A stretch of 64,000 bases of DNA from Bacteroidales bacterium (lineage in GTDB: Bacteria; Bacteroidota; Bacteroidia; Bacteroidales; WCHB1-69): NCBI GenBank assembly GCA_017961265.1, contig JAGCXN010000021.1, positions 4,793-68,792 on the forward strand, written 5' to 3'. Shown here one piece after another: positions 29,995-36,848 of the stretch. The translations under genes were made by a program, and so were the position numbers. The notes under the pieces are model-generated. The model saw only the letters and a list, made by a program, of their open reading frames with translations, was not told where the DNA came from and searched no databases. How positions within the stretch are numbered: the stretch's first letter is position 1; each line of letters starts with the position of its first letter.

Positions 29995-30669
29995 TTGATG
30001 GGCGGACTTGATTTTGTGCTTCAAGGCAAGAAAAAGGCCCTCGTCAGTTGGCTCCGTACGCAAGGTATTGATGACGAGAACGTTCTCAACGCATTTGGTG
30101 TCGTTGACCGTCACCGTTTTATTGAAAACTCCCTTTTCTGGCACAACGCCTACGAAAACACGCCCGTCCCAATTGCGTGCGGACAGACGATGTCGCAGCC
30201 GCTCACCGTGGCGTTCCAGTCGCAGCTGCTGAATATCTGTAAAAAGGACAAGGTTCTGGAAATCGGCACCGGCTCCGGCTATCAGGCCGCTATCCTTGCC
30301 GCAATGGGCGCGATGGTCTATTCCATCGAGCGGCAAATCGAACTATTCCGCAAGACCCGTATCCTACTGAAAGACACGTTGGGCATCACGAATGTCAACC
30401 TTTTCTATGGCGACGGCTTCAAAGGGCTGCCTGATGAGGCTCCGTTCGACAAAATCATCGTCACGTGCGGTGCCCCCGAAGTACCCACTTCCCTACTCGC
30501 CCAGCTGAAAGTCGGCGGCATCATCGTCATCCCTGTCGGCGACGGCGTGCAGGAGATGAAGCGCATCACCAAGGTGAGCGACGACGAATACCATCAGGAG
30601 TCCTTCGGCGAGTTCAAGTTCGTGCCGATGCTGGAAAGTATGGTAAAGGGGAATCGGGGTAGTTTCTAA
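29995..30669 (+). CDS. pcm: protein-L-isoaspartate O-methyltransferase
   Basis: SAM motif I (VLEIGTGSGYQAA) plus the TISQP-like motif (QTMSQPLTVA). Confidence 0.85.
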   Translation: MMGGLDFVLQGKKKALVSWLRTQGIDDENVLNAFGVVDRHRFIENSLFWHNAYENTPVPIACGQTMSQPLTVAFQSQLLNICKKDKVLEIGTGSGYQAAILAAMGAMVYSIERQIELFRKTRILLKDTLGITNVNLFYGDGFKGLPDEAPFDKIIVTCGAPEVPTSLLAQLKVGGIIVIPVGDGVQEMKRITKVSDDEYHQESFGEFKFVPMLESMVKGNRGSF

Positions 30670-31340
30670 CGCTTGGAATAGTCCCTCTCCCCGAAAATGG
30701 CACTACCCACACGGATCATCGTGCTTCCCTCTTCAATGGCAATCGGATAGTCGCTGGTCATTCCCATTGAAATTTCCTTAAAATCAGGTTTTTCAGCAAA
30801 ATATTCTTCCTTCAGCTTGGTAAAAAAGCCATGAAGGGTTTGGAACTCACGACGCACCTGTGCCGTGTCGTCCGTGAAGCTCGCCATTCCCATCACCCCT
30901 TTTATTTCAACATTTTTCAAAGAAGAAAATTCCGGAGATTTTAGCATCTGCTCACATTCGTCCATTGAGAAGCCGAACTTGGTCTCCTCAGTGGCGACAT
31001 GGAACTGCAGCAGGCAGCCGACCGTGCGGTTATGTTTTGCCGCCTGCCGGTCCACCTCCTGCAACAATTTGAAACTATCAATGCTATGAATCAGGTGTAC
31101 GTATGGAATGATGTACTTGATTTTGTTGGTCTGGAGGTGCCCGATGAAGTGCCAGCGGATGTCCTGTGGGAGGATTTCGTGCTTTTCCCGCATCTCCTGC
31201 GCCCAGTTCTCGCCAAAGTCGCGCTGTCCGAGCGCGTAGGCAGCCTCCACTTCCGAAGCGGGATGCAGCTTCGATACCGCGATCAGCTTCACATTTTCGG
31301 GAATCTCCCGCAAAATTTCCTGATATTTTTCGACATTCAT
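30666..31340 (-). CDS. yggS: YggS-family pyridoxal-phosphate homeostasis protein
   Basis: LIAVSKLHP (PLP lysine), HFIGHLQTNK and MGMTSDY motifs. Confidence 0.85.
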   Translation of the reverse strand: MNVEKYQEILREIPENVKLIAVSKLHPASEVEAAYALGQRDFGENWAQEMREKHEILPQDIRWHFIGHLQTNKIKYIIPYVHLIHSIDSFKLLQEVDRQAAKHNRTVGCLLQFHVATEETKFGFSMDECEQMLKSPEFSSLKNVEIKGVMGMASFTDDTAQVRREFQTLHGFFTKLKEEYFAEKPDFKEISMGMTSDYPIAIEEGSTMIRVGSAIFGERDYSKR

Positions 31341-31352
31341 AATCGGATAGTT

Positions 31353-31385
31353 AAAAAAAGAGAACGTAAACCGAATTACGTTCTC
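31353..31385 (-). terminator. rho-independent terminator after the 31415..32134 gene
   Basis: GAGAACGTAA-accgaa-TTACGTTCTC. On the transcribed minus strand the hairpin is followed by a T7 run (A7 on the plus strand). Confidence 0.7.
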
Positions 31386-31414
31386 ACATTATATGTTAAA
31401 AGGTTTGCTTTCTA

Positions 31415-32134
31415 CTATTCGTCATCGTCGTCATCGCCGCCCATGCCGAGCATCTTCATCAGTTCGGGGTTGGAGTGGATGTCTTTCGCATCGGTGGGAA
31501 GAAGGAATTCGACGGGTTTGATTTTCTTGCTGGGAGTGACGGTGACAGCTTCAGTCAGGATAACCACATCCTCACCATTGATGTCGCGATGCTGCTCCGT
31601 ACTGAGCGGATAACCGACCAGACCAGGATGAGAGGCAAAATTGATGTCGCTGCCAGAATTAATATCCTTTGAAACATAGAGCGTAGTGGAAGTCTCTTCA
31701 TCCGTTTCCAGATTGACCATCGTTGCAATCACCTTTTCACACTCATAACCGGCGATAGTCTTCTTTTCACCCGTATAGTTATAGTCCGTTTTAATGTTTT
31801 TAAAACCCTCAGCAATGCTGTCTCCAGAGGTTTCAATGTAATACTTGCCCATTCCAGGAATATCCAAAACGACGTATGCCATCTTCGAATCGCCATTCAC
31901 TATCTGGATAATACCCAAGCCACCTTCCTGAACCTGAACCATTTTCATACGGTTACCGCAAACCATTTGAGTCATCTCACCGTTTATCTGGGCAATGATG
32001 TTGGGGTCTGTAGTTCCGGTGCAACTTGTTTTGGAAGTGATGGTGCCGGTGAAGGAGGCGGGGGCTTTTTGTGCAAAAACACTGGTGAGTCCCATAGTCA
32101 GGACTGCCATTAAAATCAAGGTTATTCTTTTCAT
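31415..32134 (-). CDS. secreted hypothetical protein with a poly-Asp C-terminus
   Basis: Signal peptide MKRITLILMAVLTMGLTSVFAQ from the ATG at 32134, with a -7 box at 32171-32178. The C-terminus reads GMGGDDDDDE. Confidence 0.4.
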   Translation of the reverse strand: MKRITLILMAVLTMGLTSVFAQKAPASFTGTITSKTSCTGTTDPNIIAQINGEMTQMVCGNRMKMVQVQEGGLGIIQIVNGDSKMAYVVLDIPGMGKYYIETSGDSIAEGFKNIKTDYNYTGEKKTIAGYECEKVIATMVNLETDEETSTTLYVSKDINSGSDINFASHPGLVGYPLSTEQHRDINGEDVVILTEAVTVTPSKKIKPVEFLLPTDAKDIHSNPELMKMLGMGGDDDDDE

Positions 32135-32170
32135 AATTCTATAAAATTTATTTGATTTCAAAACGAGCTG

Positions 32171-32178
32171 CAAAAATA
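32171..32178 (-). promoter_or_regulatory. -7 box (TATTTTTG)
   Basis: Lies 36 nt upstream of the ATG at 32134. Confidence 0.5.
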
Positions 32179-32267
32179 CACTATTTTTTTAATAGAAAGG
32201 CCATCCTGTTCTTAAAGTTTGTGAACTTTTTACTTTACAAACTTGATAAACTTGCCGAACTAAATTG

Positions 32268-32275
32268 TATCTTTG
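32268..32275 (+). promoter_or_regulatory. -7 box TATCTTTG for gcvT
   Basis: Lies 53 nt upstream of the ATG at 32329. It is preceded by AAACTTGAT AAACTTGCC nonamer-like repeats (32239-32256). Confidence 0.5.
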
Positions 32276-32328
32276 CACCCGATTTCCAAAATCGAAAATC
32301 AAATAATCTTAATAAATATATTGTAATA

Positions 32329-33417
32329 ATGAAAACAACTGTTTTTAACGAGACGCACAGAAAATTAGGTGCGAAAATGGTAGAATTTGCAGGTTTTGAC
32401 ATGCCTGTCCAGTATGAAGGCGTCACCGCCGAACACCTCCACGTGAGAAGCAAAGTCGGTGTTTTCGACGTTTCCCACATGGGTGAATTTACGGTGAAAG
32501 GTCCCAAAGCCCTCGCCCTTCTCCAATACATCACTTCCAACGACGTGGCCGCGCTCTATCCCGGCAAGGTGCAGTACTCCTGCTTCCCGAACGGCAAGGG
32601 CGGCATCGTGGACGACCTCCTCGTTTACAACCTCGCCGAAAACGACTACCTGCTGGTCGTGAACGCCGCCAACATCGACAAGGACTGGGCTTGGGTGAGC
32701 AAGCAGAACGAAGCCTTCGGCGCTGAAATCGCCAACATTTCCGACGGTATCTCCCAGCTCGCCATCCAAGGTCCCCTCGCTCTCAAGGCCATGCAGAAGC
32801 TGACTGACACTCCCGTGATTGACATGGAATACTACACCACCAAGACCGTCACTTTCGCCGGCGTGCCGAACGTCATCTTCTCCACCACCGGTTACACCGG
32901 TTCCGGCGGCTGCGAAATCTACTTCAAGAACGAGGACGCCCTCAAAATTTGGGACGCTGTCTTTGAAGCAGGCAAGGAATTCGACATCAAACCCATCGGC
33001 CTCGGTGCCCGTGACACCCTCCGTCTCGAAATGGGTTTCTGCCTCTACGGCCACGAAATCGACGACACCATCTGCCCCATCGAGGCTGGTCTCGGCTGGA
33101 TCACCAAACTCAACGCCAAGGACTGCATCGACAAGGATTACATGCTGAAACTCAAAGCAGAAGGTCTGAAACGCAAGCTCGTCGGCTTTGAAATGATCGA
33201 CCGCGGCATTCCGCGTCTGGAATACGAAGTTTGCGACGTCGAAGGCAACAACATCGGTATCGTCCGCTCCGGCACCCATGGTCCCAGCATCGAAAAGAAC
33301 GTCGGCACCGCATGGGTGAAGGCCGAATTCGCCAAGGTTGACACCGAAATCTACATCAAGGTCCGCGAGAAACTGCTCAAGGCCGTCGTGGTCAAGATGC
33401 CCTTCTATAAAGGTTAA
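32329..33417 (+). CDS. gcvT: glycine cleavage system aminomethyltransferase T
   Basis: MKTTVFNETHRKLGAKMVEFAGFDMPVQY and FDVSHMGEF motifs. The ATG at 32329 is in frame with ORF 32152..33417, whose upstream part covers the promoter. Confidence 0.9.
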   Translation: MKTTVFNETHRKLGAKMVEFAGFDMPVQYEGVTAEHLHVRSKVGVFDVSHMGEFTVKGPKALALLQYITSNDVAALYPGKVQYSCFPNGKGGIVDDLLVYNLAENDYLLVVNAANIDKDWAWVSKQNEAFGAEIANISDGISQLAIQGPLALKAMQKLTDTPVIDMEYYTTKTVTFAGVPNVIFSTTGYTGSGGCEIYFKNEDALKIWDAVFEAGKEFDIKPIGLGARDTLRLEMGFCLYGHEIDDTICPIEAGLGWITKLNAKDCIDKDYMLKLKAEGLKRKLVGFEMIDRGIPRLEYEVCDVEGNNIGIVRSGTHGPSIEKNVGTAWVKAEFAKVDTEIYIKVREKLLKAVVVKMPFYKG

Positions 33418-33423
33418 TATTCT

Positions 33424-33452
33424 GTAGAGACGTCATACTATGGCGTCTCTAC
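33424..33452. repeat. REP-like hairpin GTAGAGACG-N11-CGTCTCTAC
   Basis: 9-bp perfect arms located 7 nt after the gcvT stop, so it probably also acts as a terminator. Confidence 0.75.
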
Positions 33453-33477
33453 CAAACAAAACGATAATTACATCCAA

Positions 33478-33521
33478 GAGCCGTAGGGTCTTGCGGCATA
33501 AAAAGCAAGGTCTTACGGCTC
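33478..33521 (+). promoter_or_regulatory. plus-strand-specific 17-bp RNA hairpin immediately upstream of the rimO TTG start
   Basis: GAGCCGTAGGGTCTTGC-N10-GCAAGGTCTTACGGCTC pairs completely on the plus strand, using three G-U pairs. On the minus strand those positions would be C-A mismatches. Confidence 0.5.
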
Positions 33522-33539
33522 TCTTTAAATTCTATAAGA

Positions 33540-34820
33540 TTGAAAATCAACATTATCACGTTAGGTTGTTCCAAGAACAATGTGGATTCGGAGGTGCTGG
33601 CCGCCAGCCTTCAGCGTAAAGGTCATACCGTTTGGCACAACTCCATGAAGGAGCATGGCATCGACACTGTCATCATCAACACCTGCGCCTTCATCCAGGA
33701 TGCGAAGCAACAGGCCATTGACGAGATTCTGCTGCAAGCGGAACGCAAGAAGCACGGGCTTATCACGAAGCTGTACGTTGTCGGCTGCCTTGCCCAGCGG
33801 TACGAGGACGATTTGCGCGCCTCCGTACCCGAAATCGACGGGGTTTATCCGTTCGTCCGTCTCAACGAACTGATTGGCGACGAGGACTTTGACCTGCTCG
33901 GCTCTTCCGACCGCATCCTGTCCACTCCGCCCTACTACGCCTACCTGAAGATCTCCGAAGGCTGCGACCGCCAGTGCTCCTATTGCGCCATCCCGCTTAT
34001 CCGGGGCAAGCAGGTTTCCAAACCCGTGGAGACGCTGGTGGAAGAGGCGACCAAATTGGCGGAGAACGGTGTCAAGGAGCTGATGCTCATCGCGCAGGAC
34101 CTCACTTACTATGGCATGGATTTGTACAAACGCCGTGACTTGGAACGTCTTCTCCGCAAGATTGCTAACGTGAAAGGCATCGAATGGATCCGTCTCCATT
34201 ATGCCTACCCCATCAATTTCCCTTACGAAATTTTGGACGTAATAAACGAATATTCAAATATTTGCAGATATTTGGACATTCCGTTGCAGCACGTCAGCGA
34301 AGAGGTACTGAAAAGCATGGGACGCGGCGGCAACCGCGAGCAGATGTACCGTCTCATCGAGCGCATCCGCAGCAAGGTGCCGGGTATCGCCATCCGCACC
34401 ACCCTCCTCTCCGGCTACCCCGTCGAAACCCGCGAGCACCACAAGGAACTGCTTCAGTTTGTGAAAGATATGCGCTTCGACCGCCTCGGCTTCTTCAGCT
34501 ACTCACAGGAGGAAGGCACCCCCGCCTACCCGCTCGGAGACCCCATCAAGGAACGTGAGAAGAACCGCCGCATCGAGGAACTCATCGCCACACAGGAAGA
34601 GATCGCCTACGATCTCAACCAGCAGAAGGTGGGACAGGCGATGAAGGTCATCATCGACAGCGAGGAGAAAGACTGTTACGTCGGACGTACCGAGTTTGAC
34701 TCCCCCGAAGTCGATGACGCCGTTATCATTACCAAGGACAAGAAGTTAGAAATCGGCAACTTCTACAACGTCCTCATCGAAAAAGCCGACCATTTCGACC
34801 TGTACGGGAAAATCATCTAA
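33540..34820 (+). CDS. rimO: ribosomal protein S12 methylthiotransferase
   Basis: MTTase N-domain (LGCSKNNVDSE), radical-SAM CDRQCSYCAIP and a C-terminal TRAM domain. The start is TTG. Confidence 0.9.
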   Translation: MKINIITLGCSKNNVDSEVLAASLQRKGHTVWHNSMKEHGIDTVIINTCAFIQDAKQQAIDEILLQAERKKHGLITKLYVVGCLAQRYEDDLRASVPEIDGVYPFVRLNELIGDEDFDLLGSSDRILSTPPYYAYLKISEGCDRQCSYCAIPLIRGKQVSKPVETLVEEATKLAENGVKELMLIAQDLTYYGMDLYKRRDLERLLRKIANVKGIEWIRLHYAYPINFPYEILDVINEYSNICRYLDIPLQHVSEEVLKSMGRGGNREQMYRLIERIRSKVPGIAIRTTLLSGYPVETREHHKELLQFVKDMRFDRLGFFSYSQEEGTPAYPLGDPIKEREKNRRIEELIATQEEIAYDLNQQKVGQAMKVIIDSEEKDCYVGRTEFDSPEVDDAVIITKDKKLEIGNFYNVLIEKADHFDLYGKII

Positions 34821-34832
34821 ACCGCCTGCACT

Positions 34833-35639
34833 ATGTTCAAATGGATCGGACTTATCATTGGTGGCATTAGCTACGGCTTCATAGGAGGCCTGCTCGGATG
34901 GTTCCTCGGTTCACTGATTGACCGCCTTTTCGCACCCAAAGTAAAGATTTACACCCAGCACTACCAGCGGTCGGACTTCATCGAATCGTTGCTGATACTG
35001 ACTGCGGCGGTCCTCAAGGCCGACGGCCATGTGGAACGCTCGGAGTTCGCCTATGTGCGCGACTACCTCGTACGCTCGCTTGGCCCACAGCAGGCACAGA
35101 ACGCGATGAACCGGCTCACAGAGATTCTGGGCGAAAGCTACAATATCGAGTCCGTATGTTCGGAGCTGCGCGAAAACTCCACCATCCACGAACGGCTCCT
35201 CATCATCCAGTTCCTGTTCGGAGTAGCTACCGCCGATGGTGAACTACACCAGTCAGAAGTGGCTGTCATCGAACTGATTGCCCAATGGAGCGGAGTCAGC
35301 CGCAGCGACTACGAGTCCATCAAGGCGATGTTCACCTACAGCTACTCCAACAGCAGCAACGGTGGTTATGGCGGCGGCGGATACAGCGGCGGCGGGAGCG
35401 GGAGCGGCAGCACCGGCGGCTATCGGTCGCACACGCTCGACAGCGACTACCAGATCCTCGAAATCTCGCCCGACGCCAGCGACGACGAGGTAAAGAAGGC
35501 GTACCGCAACCTCGCCAAAAAGTATCATCCCGACCGTGTGGCACACCTCGGCGACGATATGCGGAAAGCCGCCGAAGAGAAGTTCTCCCGCCTCAGCCAA
35601 GCCTACGACAACATCAGGAAGGCGAGGGGGATGAAATAG
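34833..35639 (+). CDS. membrane-anchored TerB-domain / J-domain co-chaperone (DjlA-like)
   Basis: N-terminal TM segment, a TerB-like region, a Gly/Ser linker ([21 protein letters not shown]) and a J-domain with HPD ([30 protein letters not shown]). Confidence 0.7.
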   Translation: MFKWIGLIIGGISYGFIGGLLGWFLGSLIDRLFAPKVKIYTQHYQRSDFIESLLILTAAVLKADGHVERSEFAYVRDYLVRSLGPQQAQNAMNRLTEILGESYNIESVCSELRENSTIHERLLIIQFLFGVATADGELHQSEVAVIELIAQWSGVSRSDYESIKAMFTYSYSNSSNGGYGGGGYSGGGSGSGSTGGYRSHTLDSDYQILEISPDASDDEVKKAYRNLAKKYHPDRVAHLGDDMRKAAEEKFSRLSQAYDNIRKARGMK

Positions 35640-35719
35640 TTATCCTTGTTGTGTCAGCAGTCCAACAAAGCACGGATACGGTCAATCCTCAGGATAGTAG
35701 CCTCGGTCATCTTTTGTTT

Positions 35720-35895
35720 TAGAGGAACGAACTTCCATTAACCCCAGACAAGCGGACACCCGCGATAAAAAGCGTGCTGGCGGTACGCGACTATTGCCCA
35801 ACGTCCGGTGCCTGATCCTGTCGAAGGCACCGCGGATTGCACGGATGGGGGGGGAGTAAAATTCCGATTTCTTCTCTTCAGTTCGTCTCCACCTC
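35720..35895. ncRNA. candidate structured RNA or MITE-like relic (unclassified)
   Basis: Outer helix GGAACGAACT (35724-35733) pairs with AGTTCGTCTCC (35880-35890), with one bulge. It encloses a GC-rich core with hairpins GCGG-acac-CCGC, GCGT-N9-ACGC and CCGGTGCCT-N11-AGGCACCG, closed by CCCC (35742-45) with a G8 run (35847-54). There is no coding potential. The strand is undetermined. Confidence 0.3.
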
Positions 35896-36033
35896 CAAAA
35901 CCTGTTTTGTAACAATTTTGTAGGTTTTCTGCCCAAGCATTGTCACTTTTTGTCGGAATCCTGACACTTTTTATCTTTCTGTTTTTCAGAAAAATAGCAG
36001 AAAACACCTCTTGAAAAAGCATTTCGGTTGCTG

Positions 36034-36041
36034 TATCTTTG
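36034..36041 (+). promoter_or_regulatory. -7 box TATCTTTG upstream of the PDDEXK_2 remnant
   Basis: Lies 29 nt upstream of the ATG at 36071. Confidence 0.45.
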
Positions 36042-36070
36042 CGGCTCAAGTACTACCTAAAAAAGACAAA

Positions 36071-36642
36071 ATGAAAAGGAAGAAGCAAAAGCAAGAGGTG
36101 CGGGTAGTGAAGAACCAGAACGGCGACCGTTTCATCGTGGAGATGCAGAACGGATGGCAGAAGCATTTCGGCGAGCGTGCAATTGTCTATGCGGGCCGGG
36201 CTGCCGGGCAAAGTGTGAAGAGAGGTGACAATCTGTATGAGAATGTCAAAGGCGTATATTCCTTGAACATAGTGGCTTACAATATGCCAGAATTCAAAGG
36301 AAAGAAGAAATTCTTTTGGAAAGTCTATCTGAAGGATGACCAAAACAAAATTTTTTCTAAAAAAAACGTCCTCTATTTCGTGGAATTGAGTAAATTTGCC
36401 GCCCAGTTGGGAACATTGGATATGGCCGACGAGCGTAACCATTGGCTCTATATGCTGACGCAGGCCGTGCATTTGAGCCAGGACGATGTGGAGGCGATGA
36501 CGCCGGTGTTCCAGCGGTTTTATGAGGAATGTCAGATTACAAAATTTACGGATATGGATACCTCCTTGCCTTAGGCATCCCCCTCGGTGATGTAGCCAAA
36601 GCTACAGGACTGACAGAAGACCAAATCCGAAAGCTTCAGTAG
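36071..36642 (+). pseudogene. decayed PD-(D/E)XK nuclease-family (PDDEXK_2 / Rpn-like) transposase-like gene
   Basis: The core motif RFIVEMQNGWQKHF and the later YFVELSKF...WLYML are present. The usual ~60-residue N-terminus is missing. The family-typical C-terminal tail GIPLGDVAKATGLTEDQIRKLQ is encoded at 36574-36642, in a different frame from the body, which stops at 36572-36574. Confidence 0.55.
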
Positions 36643-36726
36643 AATGTAAATACAGGAGGTTCCGTTGCTGCACTGCGCTTGCAACGGAATAGTGAGGCGT
36701 ATCACAGCACAGATGGACGCGAAAAA

Positions 36727-36759
36727 CCGTAGAGACGCCATAGCATGACGTCTCTACGG
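36727..36759. repeat. REP-like hairpin CCGTAGAGACG-N11-CGTCTCTACGG
   Basis: 11-bp perfect arms. Confidence 0.8.
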
Positions 36760-36786
36760 TTTGGAAATCAGATCTATATTGCGGCC

Positions 36787-36814
36787 GTAGAGACGATGTG
36801 CACATCGTCTCTAC
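36787..36814. repeat. REP-like perfect 28-bp palindrome GTAGAGACGATGTG/CACATCGTCTCTAC
   Basis: Read directly. It lies 27 nt downstream of the giant gene's stop codon. Confidence 0.85.
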
Positions 36815-36820
36815 CATCTC

Positions 36821-36848
36821 CTATTCACTATACCCTATACCCTATTCC
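36821..36848. repeat. heptad array CTATTCA CTATACC CTATACC CTATTCC (the complement is related to the GGTRATA family)
   Basis: Four units. The last unit contains the giant gene's stop codon (36842-36844). Confidence 0.7.

Noticed and set aside
32365-33279. 304-aa minus-strand ORF
   Set aside because: It is antisense to gcvT.
35640-36010. tmRNA, tRNA, RNase P or SRP RNA
   Set aside because: I checked both strands by eye. There is no GGTTCGA-type T-loop, no acceptor ACCA end, no tag-peptide reading frame, no GAGGAAAGTCC P4 motif and no SRP GGAA tetraloop context. The region is kept only as an unclassified candidate.
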